This document shows positions 41,082-51,242 of a stretch of DNA of 64,000 nt, piece by piece; the stretch's first letter is position 1, and the number at the start of each line of letters is the position of its first letter. Under the pieces are notes generated by a model, which was not told the origin of the DNA, searched no databases, and worked only from the letters and a program-made list of their open reading frames with translations. This DNA comes from an uncultured Nitrospiraceae bacterium (lineage in GTDB: Bacteria; Nitrospirota; Thermodesulfovibrionia; Thermodesulfovibrionales; SM23-35): assembly GCA_963727775.1 (NCBI GenBank), contig CAVSHB010000001.1:1-64000 (forward strand), in the 5' to 3' direction. Both the position numbers and the translations under genes were made by a program.

Positions 41082-42157
41082 CGGTATTCCTCCAAAATAT
41101 TTAGTGAGATCGGTTCTTCAATCTCCCATAAATACCTTGGTCTGCCGTATTATCCAAAGTAAATGAACCCCAAACCTAACTGTATCAAGCGCTTACAGCA
41201 TTTACTTTGGATAATATTTTACTTTTGATAAGGCGGAGTAATCTCGCCCCTACTGTCGAATATCTATCTTAACGAGGTGGATAAGATGCTGGAGAAGGCG
41301 AAAATCGTAACGAGCAAATCTGGTTTTACCCATGTCGAATATGCTCGTTTTGCGGATGACCTTGTGGTACTCGTAGATGGGTATCGCCGCTGGGACTGGC
41401 TGGTAGAGAGGGTATATCGGCGACTTCTTGAGGAGTTCGCAAGAGTTGATGTAACAGTCAACGAAGAAAAGACACGACTGGTAGACCTGATGAAAGGAGA
41501 GAGCTTCAGCTTTCTGGGATTCGACATTCGGAGTGTCCGAACACTGAGTGACAAATCAGGAGTGCTTATTACGCCAAGGATGAAAGCGCGGACGACCCTT
41601 TTGCATAACCTCAAGGAAATCTTCCAGCGCTTCATATCGCAACCAGTGGGCCGGGTGATAGAACTGATCAACCCGAAACTCCGGGGCTGGGTTAACTACT
41701 TTAGGGTGGGACATTCCAGCAGGTGTTTTCAGTACGTAAAAGATTGGGTGGAGAAGAAGATACGGCGGCATCTTATGAGGGCTCGAAAACGGGGAGGCTT
41801 TGGCTGGGACAGGTGGAGTAGAGACTGGTTTTACGGGCATCTTGGGCTTTATGCCGATTATAAGGTGAGGTATTACCGTGGACTCGAAAGCGCTGCCAGC
41901 GGATAGGCATCATAACCCTTGAGGAGAAGCCAATAGGAAAGCGTAGTGCGGGAAATCCGCACGCTGCGTTTGACGTGGCAGGGAATGGAGAAGTGCCATG
42001 GCGAACCTAAACGGGCACGAAACTGGAAACGGTGGATACAGCCAAGGGGAGACCTACGGTAACTCGCCATTCTTTGACCCTACTGACGAGGGTGATGTAG
42101 GATGGAAAAAGTGGACACCAAAGTCAGATAAAATAAATGAAAGACGGAGGTGTCAGA

Positions 42158-42472
42158 ATGAAAGGGATTCCGCAGGGACGTTACACGAAGGAGTTTCGTG
42201 GGGAGGCAGTGAAGATGGTGTTAGCCGGGGGTATATCGTTGCTGGAGGCAGCTCACCGGCTGTCATTGCCGCCCTCGACGTTAGGGAACTGGGTCAAGGC
42301 GCATAAAGCTGGCAAGCTGGAAGATATAGGCAAGACACAGAAGCCACTGACGGAGCTAGAGATGGAACTGGCAAGGGTAAAGAAAGAGCTGGTAGAGACG
42401 AGAATGGAGCGTGATCTGCTAAAAAAAGCTGCCGCGTACTTTGCGAAGGAGTCGCTGCCCGGTACGCGCTAA
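42158..42472 (+). CDS. IS3 transposase OrfA
   Basis: YTKEFRGEAV HTH, MERDLLKKAAAYFA; A7G slippery site at 42421-42428. Confidence 0.93.
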   Translation: MKGIPQGRYTKEFRGEAVKMVLAGGISLLEAAHRLSLPPSTLGNWVKAHKAGKLEDIGKTQKPLTELEMELARVKKELVETRMERDLLKKAAAYFAKESLPGTR

Positions 42473-43332
42473 TGAAAGAAATGCGACTTCAATATTCAGT
42501 GCCGCTGATGTGCCGGATATATAACGTATCGGCAAGCGGATACTATGCACACGTGACAAGGCCGCTTTCTAAGCGGGGGCAGGAAGACGCCCGCTTGGAG
42601 GTTGAGATTAAGGCTGCACATAAGAGGACACGGCGGGTATGCGGCGCTGAGAGATTACAGAAGGATTTGGCAGACAACGGTATTGCAGTGGGTGTTTGCC
42701 GGATCAAGCGACTCAGGAAGAAGCTCGGTATACGCTGTAAGCAGACGAAGAAATTCAAAACTACAACTGACTCAAAACATACGCTTCCGGTGGCTGAGAA
42801 CCTACTGGACCAGCAGTTTGAAGTATCCAGGCCGAACATGGCATGGTTGAGCGATATAACATATGTTTGGACCGATGAAGGATGGCTGTACCTTGCCGCG
42901 CACAAGGATCTTTTTAACGGTGAGATAGTCGGATACGCAATGGGAGAACGGATAACGAAGAGCCTTGTAAGTCAGTCTTTATTCCGTGCCGTTGCAGCGA
43001 AGCGTCCAGGGAAGGGGCTGATTCATCACTCGGATCGCGGGAGCCAATATTGTGCTCATGATTATCGGAAGCTTCTTAATCAGTTCGGCATGACGGCATC
43101 AATGAGTAGAAAAGGGAATTGCTATGACAATGCCCCGATGGAGAGTTTCTGGGGCACGCTGAAGCAGGAGCTTGTCCATCACAGACGCTACAGGAACAGA
43201 CAAGAGGCAGTGCAGGATATCACGGAATATATCGAGATCTTCTACAACAGGCAGCGCCGACAGGCAAGACTTGGATATCTATCCCCAGTTGCTTATGAGT
43301 ATCAATTCTATGCACGAGAGCTGGCAGCATGA
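42472..43332 (+). CDS. IS3 transposase OrfB (DDE), reachable by -1 frameshift
   Basis: WLSDITY, HSDRGSQY, GNCYDNAPMESF, YNRQR. Confidence 0.95.
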   Translation: MKEMRLQYSVPLMCRIYNVSASGYYAHVTRPLSKRGQEDARLEVEIKAAHKRTRRVCGAERLQKDLADNGIAVGVCRIKRLRKKLGIRCKQTKKFKTTTDSKHTLPVAENLLDQQFEVSRPNMAWLSDITYVWTDEGWLYLAAHKDLFNGEIVGYAMGERITKSLVSQSLFRAVAAKRPGKGLIHHSDRGSQYCAHDYRKLLNQFGMTASMSRKGNCYDNAPMESFWGTLKQELVHHRRYRNRQEAVQDITEYIEIFYNRQRRQARLGYLSPVAYEYQFYARELAA

Positions 43333-43720
43333 AAGGTTTGGTGTCCACTATTGACATCCGAGGTCAGGGGGAACTGGAGATAGAACCTTATGGCGACTAC
43401 GCCAGTTCTCTACTCTACTGTCTTCAACAAAACTTCCATCTTTGTTAGCACAAACGGTCTGTACCCAAAACTATAGACCGCAAATGCGGTAGATAGTTAA
43501 CCTTGTCGCTCAGGTGTCCTCCAAAGTATATCATCATAATATCTTTTAATTTTTAATATCCTCTTGTATTTTTTTTCATCGGAGATAACAGGGCAGCAAG
43601 TTGTATTCCAAGAAGAAATCCAAACTGTATCACTACCCCATATTTTCGTGCCTTGACAAATATCATAATCTTTCATTACGCTTGTTGCAGATAAAAAAAA
43701 TGTAAGGCGGTGGAGTCATT

Positions 43721-45025
43721 ATGGCCGATCCTTATGTGTTAGAGGACGGCGCACACATAGCTGTTGTGGGTGGAGGGCCGACAGGCTCTTTCTTCAGCAT
43801 CTTTGCACTCAAGATGGCAAAGATGGTTGGAAAAGAGATACATGTCACAATATTTGAACCGAAAGATTTTACTAAAGACGGCCCGTTAGGATGTAACAGA
43901 TGTGGCGGTATTATCTCCGAACTTCTTGTCCAGACCTTAGCTGTTGAAGGCATCAATCTTCCTGATACCCTCGTACAAAGAGGTATTAATTCCTACAAAT
44001 TACACACAAATCGCGGGAGTGCCTTTATAGAGACACCAGCCCATGAAAAAACCATAGCTGCAATATACAGAGGAGGAGGGCCAAAGGGGACCATTGGGAA
44101 GCATAAGGAAAGTTTCGATCAATTTCTTCTTGATCTTGCGGTAAGTGAAGGTGCTGTTCATACTTCTGTGAAGGTTGATCATATTGAAAATAGCAACGGA
44201 AGACCTGTTCTTTTTTCTAAGGAGCAGAAGCTTATGGAAGCAGATCTTGTAGTGGGAGCGATTGGAATAAAGAGCCAGACATCAAGAATATTCGAAGAAA
44301 TGGGGTTTGGATACAAAAAACCGGAGACGGTTACCGCAGCAATTGTAGAAATTGGCATGGATGAGAATATAATAGCTGAATATTTTGGAAATTCTGTTCA
44401 CCTGTTTCTCCTTCCGATTAAGGACACTAAGTTTGCAGCCATGATTCCCAAGGGCACATATATAACGGTCTGTATATTGGGTAGAAATATGAATACTGAT
44501 ACCGTAAACGCATTTATTCGTCAGCCAATTGTTCAGTCGGTTTTACCGCGGAAAGTGCCATATAAGATAGATTGTCGTTGTTTACCGAAAATGAACGTGA
44601 AGGCGCCTAAAGTGCCCTTTAATGACAGGGTTGTTCTTTGCGGTGATGCCGGTTCAACAAGGCTTTTTAAAGACGGGTTAGGCGCTGCATATCTTATGGG
44701 GAAGGCTGCTGCTAAGACAGCCGTATTGCAAGGTGTAAGCAGAAAGCATTTCCGTGATATGTATTACCCGGTTTATAAAAGCATAATCATTGATAACCGG
44801 TTTGGAAGAGCACTTTTCTTAACAACAGATGTATTGAAGAACAATATGCTCATGACAAAGAGTATGCTCGAAGTCGTGCAGAAAGAGCAAGGGAATCCTG
44901 CACATCCCAAAATACTTAGTTCGGTACTCTGGGACATGTTTACCGGCAACGAACGATATAAGAATATATTTCGCAGAGCTATGAGTTTGCCGATGCTCTA
45001 TGACTTATTAAAAGGGCTTATCTGA
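43721..45025 (+). CDS. FAD-dependent oxidoreductase (geranylgeranyl-reductase-like)
   Basis: VVGGGPTG Rossmann motif, GCNRCGG, LCGDAG...KDGLGAA. Confidence 0.8.
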   Translation: MADPYVLEDGAHIAVVGGGPTGSFFSIFALKMAKMVGKEIHVTIFEPKDFTKDGPLGCNRCGGIISELLVQTLAVEGINLPDTLVQRGINSYKLHTNRGSAFIETPAHEKTIAAIYRGGGPKGTIGKHKESFDQFLLDLAVSEGAVHTSVKVDHIENSNGRPVLFSKEQKLMEADLVVGAIGIKSQTSRIFEEMGFGYKKPETVTAAIVEIGMDENIIAEYFGNSVHLFLLPIKDTKFAAMIPKGTYITVCILGRNMNTDTVNAFIRQPIVQSVLPRKVPYKIDCRCLPKMNVKAPKVPFNDRVVLCGDAGSTRLFKDGLGAAYLMGKAAAKTAVLQGVSRKHFRDMYYPVYKSIIIDNRFGRALFLTTDVLKNNMLMTKSMLEVVQKEQGNPAHPKILSSVLWDMFTGNERYKNIFRRAMSLPMLYDLLKGLI

Positions 45026-45042
45026 TTGAAAGAGAGGGGACT

Positions 45043-45909
45043 ATGAAAGACGATGAACTGGGCAGGGTTTATACTGAAGGGGAGGTCATTTTCAAAGAGG
45101 GAGATGAGGGTGACCATATGTATGTCGTACAGTCTGGAAAGGTGAAAATAACCAGAAATACTCCGTCAGGAGATGTTACCATCGCAGTTCTTTCAACCGG
45201 TGAAATATTTGGTGAAATGGCCCTGTTTGACAGGTTGCCGCGTTCTGCAACCGCTGCGGCGTTCAATGAAGCAAGAATTCTCAGCATAGACAAGAAAAAG
45301 TTTTTCCAGACCATAAGCAGGGATCCAACCCTGGTTTTCAAGATACTTGAATACATGAGCCAGAGAATAAGAAGGATCAATGAAGAAATTTCAAAATTAA
45401 AGAACAGCAGACATGATTCTTCCAATATTTTTACTGATACTGAGGAGACGTGTAAGTATATACTTGAAGAGGCAAGGAATATCATTCCTGCTGATAACGG
45501 TTCTATCATGCTGATTGATGATGCAGAAAAAACACTTTCTATTAAGGCTGCATTCGGAACTGAATGGAATCCAAAAACCAGGCTCCAGGAAGGGGAAGGT
45601 GTTGCCGGTGATGTTCTTAAAACCGGTAAAGCCGAACTCATTAATAATGTATCAATGGATTCCAGGTTCAAATCAGGGACAGCACATATTCAGTCTGTAA
45701 TGTGTGCTCCGTTGAAATGGAGAGGAAATCATTTCGGAGTAATCAATATGAGCAGATGTTCTGAAAAATTGTTTACCCTGGATGATTTAAAAATGCTGCA
45801 TTCTATGGCTATTCATGCATCAGTTGTCATCGAGAATGTGAGATGCTTTTCCCAGTTCAAGAATGCCACCGATGAATTTCTTCGGCATGCAACGATGTTA
45901 TATACTTAA
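45043..45909 (+). CDS. cNMP-binding + GAF domain protein
   Basis: IFKEGDEGDHMY...GEIFGEMALFDRLPRSATA, then GAF (GEGVAG..V, SVMCAPL, GVINM). Confidence 0.88.
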   Translation: MKDDELGRVYTEGEVIFKEGDEGDHMYVVQSGKVKITRNTPSGDVTIAVLSTGEIFGEMALFDRLPRSATAAAFNEARILSIDKKKFFQTISRDPTLVFKILEYMSQRIRRINEEISKLKNSRHDSSNIFTDTEETCKYILEEARNIIPADNGSIMLIDDAEKTLSIKAAFGTEWNPKTRLQEGEGVAGDVLKTGKAELINNVSMDSRFKSGTAHIQSVMCAPLKWRGNHFGVINMSRCSEKLFTLDDLKMLHSMAIHASVVIENVRCFSQFKNATDEFLRHATMLYT

Positions 45910-45948
45910 ATCATAAGCTAATCCACTGTGGATTAGCTTATGATTTAA
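45906..45948. terminator. Perfect 21-bp inverted repeat between convergent genes
   Basis: ttaaatcataagctaatccac-t-gtggattagcttatgatttaa. Confidence 0.7.
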
Positions 45949-45956
45949 TAATTGCC

Positions 45957-46799
45957 CTATTTGTTGATCTGATACCTTCTGTGCTGGATATAAGAATCTT
46001 TAACAGCTATATAAGGGTCGATGGCTGATTCTTTCAGGATTTCATAATCGCCCATCTGCAGTGAAGTATTGTTGAAATATTCGTATGCATTAATCGCAAA
46101 CGCAGTTTCTGCGGGATTGATATAATTTACAGGAGACAGGAACCCGTCACCTACCGATCCGATTGTGTCTCTCAGTGATGAAGGACCAATAAACGGCCAT
46201 ACGATATAAAGGCCATCCCCTATCCCGTAAAAACCCAGAGTCATCCCGAGGTCTTTTTCCTGGCTTTCGATTTTCCACATCTTTGCAATATCAAACAGTC
46301 CGGCTATACCAAAGACTGTGTTCACGCCGAAACGGGCGAGTTCAAGAGCCGCGGATTTTATTTTTCCCTGCAAAGAGGCATTGACAAACCGCACGGGCAT
46401 AGAGAGGTTGACGAAAAAATTTCGCGCGGAAATGCGTACTCCCTCAGGGACTACGGTGTTATACCCCTTAGCCGCGGGCTTCATTACCCAGAAATATAGC
46501 CTGTCGTTAAAAGTGAAGACCATGCGATTCCATGGTTCCAGCGGGTCGGCAACGGATTGCGCTTCAAGAAATTCCGGTTCTGCCTCAGCTTCAGCAGGAG
46601 GACTATCTCCGGCTTTTAGCGTATTTTCATCGGGAGATGGAAGCGTCCCGGCATGTGCAGATACCGCCCAAAAAAACAAAACTATAAAAAATAGGGTCTG
46701 ACAAGCCGTTTTTTTGATTGCATTTCCAAGTGATAATTCTAAATTCATTTCGAGGACCAGATCACGATTAGTTCTTATAACAGGCAAAGAGATGGGCAA
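45957..46799 (-). CDS. mlaA: MlaA/VacJ-family lipid transport protein
   Basis: DPLEPWNR..F.FND, RFGVNTVFGIAGLFD, PFIGPSSLRD; the true start is probably downstream of 46799. Confidence 0.9.
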   Translation of the reverse strand: MPISLPVIRTNRDLVLEMNLELSLGNAIKKTACQTLFFIVLFFWAVSAHAGTLPSPDENTLKAGDSPPAEAEAEPEFLEAQSVADPLEPWNRMVFTFNDRLYFWVMKPAAKGYNTVVPEGVRISARNFFVNLSMPVRFVNASLQGKIKSAALELARFGVNTVFGIAGLFDIAKMWKIESQEKDLGMTLGFYGIGDGLYIVWPFIGPSSLRDTIGSVGDGFLSPVNYINPAETAFAINAYEYFNNTSLQMGDYEILKESAIDPYIAVKDSYIQHRRYQINK

Positions 46800-46807
46800 A
46801 GATTATC

Positions 46808-47479
46808 TCATTGTGTTTTGCCCGATGAAAAATTATTAATTTTGGCTTTCAGCATCGAAATTAAACCGTTAAACCCTTTGCCGTCGATGACACTTACAAA
46901 TTGAGACCTTGTGACAGCAAGCTGACTGACGCCGGATATCTGTATGTCGACAATGCGCCACTTGCCTTCCATTTTGCGAAGCTTGTAATAAAAGTCTGTT
47001 GTATCATTATCCCGGTCGATGAGTTTGCTCACAACGGTAACAGTGTCCTGGACAGGTTTTGATTCTGAAACGATCTCGAACTTTTCTCCGGAATAATCAT
47101 TAAAACGGCCTGCATAGGTTGCGGCAGTCCATTCGGTGTAAGTTTCAAGCAGTAATCGCCTTTCCTTTTCATTGAGCGTCTTCCAGGTTTTTCCGACTGA
47201 TATCCCCGCCATATAGGACAAAGCGAAAGAATCTTTAATAACAGGCTCTAAAAGTTTGTAGCGTCCGGGGTACCCGAGTTCTTTAGCCCTTTGCATAGAC
47301 TCTATAAGTGCAGCATTGAATTCGGTTATGGCCTCTGAAGGACCTGACTGTGCTGCATTCCCAAAGGCGCCGTAAAACACCGCACAGAGACAAAAGACTG
47401 CGCTTATCAGGCAGCGATGTTTGATGACATATTTGAGCTTCGGCATATCCTTCTTATTTCTTCTGTAAAATAAATTCAT
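46808..47479 (-). CDS. hpnM: MlaC/Ttg2D-family protein (HpnM-like)
   Basis: RYKLLEPVI..SF, WRIVDIQISGVSQLAVTRSQF; located in the hopanoid cluster. Confidence 0.8.
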   Translation of the reverse strand: MNLFYRRNKKDMPKLKYVIKHRCLISAVFCLCAVFYGAFGNAAQSGPSEAITEFNAALIESMQRAKELGYPGRYKLLEPVIKDSFALSYMAGISVGKTWKTLNEKERRLLLETYTEWTAATYAGRFNDYSGEKFEIVSESKPVQDTVTVVSKLIDRDNDTTDFYYKLRKMEGKWRIVDIQISGVSQLAVTRSQFVSVIDGKGFNGLISMLKAKINNFSSGKTQ

Positions 47480-47570
47480 GAAAAAAGTTAATATACAAAG
47501 TTAAAGATTAACTATTAATAATACCGGAAAATCCCGGTTTTTGAAATATGTTCGTTACAAAATACGGAGA

Positions 47571-50226
47571 ATGGTGAACAATAACAAAGAATATTCAAAG
47601 AAGCTCATTGGATGGTGGGTCGGATTCGTTCAGCGGAATGCGGTCCCGGTGCTCATTGCCGTTCTGTTGACCTGCGGCGGTACGGTTCTTTATCTGAAGC
47701 AGAATTTCAGAATAAACACCGACCTTAACAGCATGATTTCCGAGAAGCTTCATTTCCGCAAAATCGAAAAGGATTTTTCCAGGGCCTTCCCTCAGCTTTC
47801 CGATACCATTGTTGTGGTAATCGATGCAGAGACCGCCGAGCAGGCAGTCTCTGCGCGCAAACACATGGCAGGGCGGCTGAGAAAAGAAACGGGTCTTTTC
47901 AAGACAGTCTTTGAGCCGGGGGGAGGCGATTTTTTTGAAAAGAACGGGCTGCTGTACATGGACACGGACGAACTGGAAGAGCTTGCGGATAAACTGGCGA
48001 CTGCTCAGCCTTTGCTTGCCTTTCTGTCTAAGGATTTAAGTTTGCGCGGGCTCTTCTCAGTGCTTGACATGGCACTGAACAGTCCGGAGGCCACAAAGAC
48101 ACAGGACAGCAGCATGGATCTTCTTTTCGATCATCTGAGCAAGACGTTCGAAAGCGCGGGGGTAGGTCGATCCCGGCAGATGCCATGGGAAAGCATCATG
48201 TTCGGAGAAAAGGCAGCGGCTGAACAGCGCCGTCAGTTTATTATCACTCAGCCTTATCTTGACGCAGCAAATCCTTCCGCAGACGAAGTTTCCCTTGAAA
48301 CTGTCCGCCGCATTGCGAAAGAACTGGGTATTACTGAAGCAAACGGCGTTAAAATGCGGATTACCGGGGATGTCGCCCTGTCTTATGAAAACATGATGAC
48401 GGTGAGAAACAGCACTGGCATTGCAACCGTTGCATCCATAATTCTGGTAGGCGTCCTTCTGTTCATCGGTCTCGGTTCAGGACGAATGGTTTTGGCAAGT
48501 CTTCTAACTCTGATCATCGGGCTTCTCTGGACTACAGGCTTTGCCATTGCTTTTGTAGGCAGCCTGAACCTCATTTCCATCACGTTTGCCGTGCTCTTTA
48601 TCGGCCTCGGCATAGACTACAGCATTCAGTTCTGTCTGCGATACAGGGAGCTGATTCAGTCGGGGCATAAGCGGTGGGAGGGCCTTACAACAACCGCAAA
48701 GGGAGTGGGAAGGAGTCTTTTTCTCAGCTGCGTCACAGTCGCTTTAGGTTTTTATTCATTTGCGCCCACAGCTTATGCCGGCGTCGCCGAACTCGGCCTT
48801 ATATCCGGGACAGGCATGTTTATCAGTTTTTTTGCTACTATCACTGTTCTTCCTGCATTGTTGACTTTATTCAAAACAGGTCAAAGCAAAGGGCTGCCGG
48901 CGCCGACAAAAAAAATAATTTCGGAGCTGCCTTATAAATATTCAAGGACAATTATCGCAGGAGCCGTTATATTGGGATTAGCATCAGTTCCATTTCTCCA
49001 CAGAGTTTTTTTCGATTATAACCCGCTGAATCTTTACAGTAAAACATCGGAGTCCGTCAGCGCCATAAAAGAGCTTTTCGACAATCCTGAAGCGCAGCCC
49101 TGGACAATCTCCGTTCTTGCAAGCGGAGAAGAGAATGCAAAACGACTTGCGGAAAGTTTAAAGAAACTTAAAGAGGTAAAAGCAGCCATAACACTTTCCG
49201 ACTTGGTCCCGGAAAAACAGCCGGAAAAACTACGCATCCTTTCCGATATAGCGCTATTTATGCCTCAGAACATTACCGATCTTAAAATAAAAAATCTAAA
49301 ATATGAAGAAAATATCAAGGCCCTGAAAGGGTTTGATAATGCATTAAAGAAGTCCCTCCTTTCATCCGCAAAGGAGGACCCTCATGTCAGACGTTTATAT
49401 GCAAGTATTCAGAATTTTAAAGCCCGGCTTGATGATCCTGTAAAAGGGCAAAGAGCGGTTGCAGCATTGGAAAAAAGTATTTTGGTAAGCCTTCCGGACC
49501 TTTTCAAAAGGCTTGGCTCTTCACTTCAGGCCAAAGCTTTCAGCCGGTCCGACCTTCCGCGGGAATTAGCGGAACAATATGTCTCTGTCGACGGCCGTTA
49601 CCGGGTCCAGGTTTTCCCCGTCGAAAATATTATGGATATAGATGCGCTTAAACGGTTTGTCCTGGCGGTGCGCGCCGTTGCCCCTGATGCTACAGACGCC
49701 CCTGTAACTATCTATGAATCGGGGAGGGCCGTTGTTTCATCTTTCAGTGAGGCCGTTTTATACGCGATGGTTGCCATCATGCTCTTTTTATTGATTGAGT
49801 TGAGAAGCTTCTTCGCGACTGCACTGATACTCGTACCTCTCATATTGGCCATGTTTCTGACCGGGGCCGCATCGGTTTTACTCAAAATCCCGCTGAATTT
49901 TGCCAATGTTATTGTAGTGCCTCTCCTGTTGGGTATCGGTGTGCATAGCGGTATTATTTTTATGCTGCGTTATCTGACGGAACCTCCGTCGGATGGGAAT
50001 ATGCTCAGGACAAGCACTGCCCGCGCCGTATTGTTCAGCACACTGACCCTGCTTATCAGCACAGGCAGCCTTTCTTTTTTCGCCCCACAGAGGAATCGCA
50101 AGCATGGGCATCCTTCTAACTATTTGCTTAAGTTTTTTGTTAGTCTGCACACTTTTATTACTGCCTGCACTAATCGAATTATACGGAAAGTATCTTGAAA
50201 AAAGTCACAAAAACAATTTCTCATGA
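47571..50226 (+). CDS. hpnN: MMPL/RND hopanoid transporter HpnN (extra T at 50075-50080)
   Basis: INTDLNSMIS, FAVLFIGLGIDYSIQF, FDYNPLNL. Removing one T restores SLSFSPHRGIASMGILL...LPAL to the stop at 50226. Confidence 0.88.
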
Positions 50227-50292
50227 CCACATATGTTATCTACGGCGTTGCAAAAGTAGGATGTTTTGTTATAATTACCAAGAGCTTTAATA

Positions 50293-51204
50293 ATGCAGAA
50301 CACTAAACAACGGGACATAACATATCAGGTCGTAGTGGCGGACGACCTGGGCAGGGCTTCATCTGTCAACGCGGCTATTGCGGAAGCACACGACAGGGGG
50401 ATCGTTACTGCTGCAAGTCTTATGGCGAAGGGCGACGCCTTTGAAGAGGCTGTGCAGATGGCATCGCAGCGCAGTCGTCTGTCTGTAGGCCTCCACGTGA
50501 CCTTCTGTGACGGCCGTGCTGTTCTGCAGCCTTCAGAGATACCTGATCTGGTTGATAAAGACGGCTGCTTCGAAGAAAGCCCTGAAAAGGCATGGATAAA
50601 ATGCATGAGGCGCGGTGTTCTCTCTCAGATTGAAGCGGAGGTGGAAGCGCAATTTGACTGCCTGGAAAAGGCGGGGATCAAACCCACTCATGTGGACGGT
50701 CACCATCACCTGCAAATGCATCCGCTCATATTTGAAGCAATATGCAAGCAGGCTTCAAAAAGGGGAGTCGGATGGATACGGATTCCGAATGAGGCCATTT
50801 CGATTGTCCTCAGCTTGCGCTCTTTTTCACGCGGTGTTATGCCGCTGCTCGAGCGGGTTGTCTTTGGGGTACTCAGGACATATAACCTGAGAACAGCCGC
50901 GAAATACGGAATAAACGTAGCCTACAGCTGCATGGGACTTTCATGGACCGGTAGTATTGATGAGCAAAGCTTGCTTGAACTGTTAGGGATGACTGAGGGT
51001 CCGGTCAGTGAAATCTTTACGCATCCGGATATTGCCACAGACAAGGGGCGGAAGGAGCTGGAAGCTCTTACGTCAGTCGAAGTACGCAAGAAGCTTGCTT
51101 TCCTCGGAATTGAACCGGTGGGATATAGAGAACTTTCCGGCAAGGAATTGTACCGGGATTCTGTATGTGAAAGAAAAATAAAAAAGAGAAGTTATTCTTT
51201 TTGA
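50293..51204 (+). CDS. hpnK: ChbG/HpnK-family deacetylase
   Basis: VADDLG, GIVTAASLM, VGLH, THVDGHHHLQMHP, THP. Confidence 0.85.
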   Translation: MQNTKQRDITYQVVVADDLGRASSVNAAIAEAHDRGIVTAASLMAKGDAFEEAVQMASQRSRLSVGLHVTFCDGRAVLQPSEIPDLVDKDGCFEESPEKAWIKCMRRGVLSQIEAEVEAQFDCLEKAGIKPTHVDGHHHLQMHPLIFEAICKQASKRGVGWIRIPNEAISIVLSLRSFSRGVMPLLERVVFGVLRTYNLRTAAKYGINVAYSCMGLSWTGSIDEQSLLELLGMTEGPVSEIFTHPDIATDKGRKELEALTSVEVRKKLAFLGIEPVGYRELSGKELYRDSVCERKIKKRSYSF

Positions 51205-51242
51205 ATTAACAAATAAAAAGTATTTGGACCTTTTATACAAAG

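Larger units (their letters stand above)
37741..41237 (-). mobile_element. RIT element (recombinase in trio)
   Basis: Three overlapping tyrosine recombinases; near-perfect ~90-bp inverted ends (37767-37857 and 41147-41237); GGCGGA at both junctions; 32-bp perfect palindrome at 37741-37772. Confidence 0.95.
37111..41906 (+). pseudogene. ltrA: Group II intron reverse transcriptase/maturase split by RIT (37111-37746 + 41238-41906; 434 aa rejoined)
   Basis: GAPGIDG, LGIPTIRDRVVQ, GVPQGG|VISPLLSNIYL (rejoins in frame), YARFADD, domain X INPKLRGWVNYF; no endonuclease domain. Confidence 0.95.
36598..42083 (+). mobile_element. Inner group II intron (RT-encoding) inserted in DV of the outer intron
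   Basis: 5' GTGTG; DV aaagcgtagtgcgggaaatccgcacgctgcgtttg (~41938-41972); long DVI ending gaccctAC; RT ORF inside. Confidence 0.9.
42093..43366 (+). mobile_element. IS3-family insertion sequence
   Basis: 27-bp imperfect IRs TGatgtaggatggaaaaagtggacacc and ggtgtccactattgacatccgaggtCA; 3-bp target duplication GGG; orfA and orfB. Confidence 0.95.
35958..43418 (+). mobile_element. Outer group II intron, ORF-less, with domain V interrupted
   Basis: 5' GTATG; EBS1 CCTACA (36171-36176) complements the 5'-exon end TGTAGG (35952-35957). DV 5' part aaagccggattcgggaaaaccgaccgtccggtt (to 36597) rejoins tgacgaggg (42084-42092). DVI ends ...gttctctactctAC at 43418. IEP remnant ELQRKLYQ* at ~36499. Confidence 0.85.
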
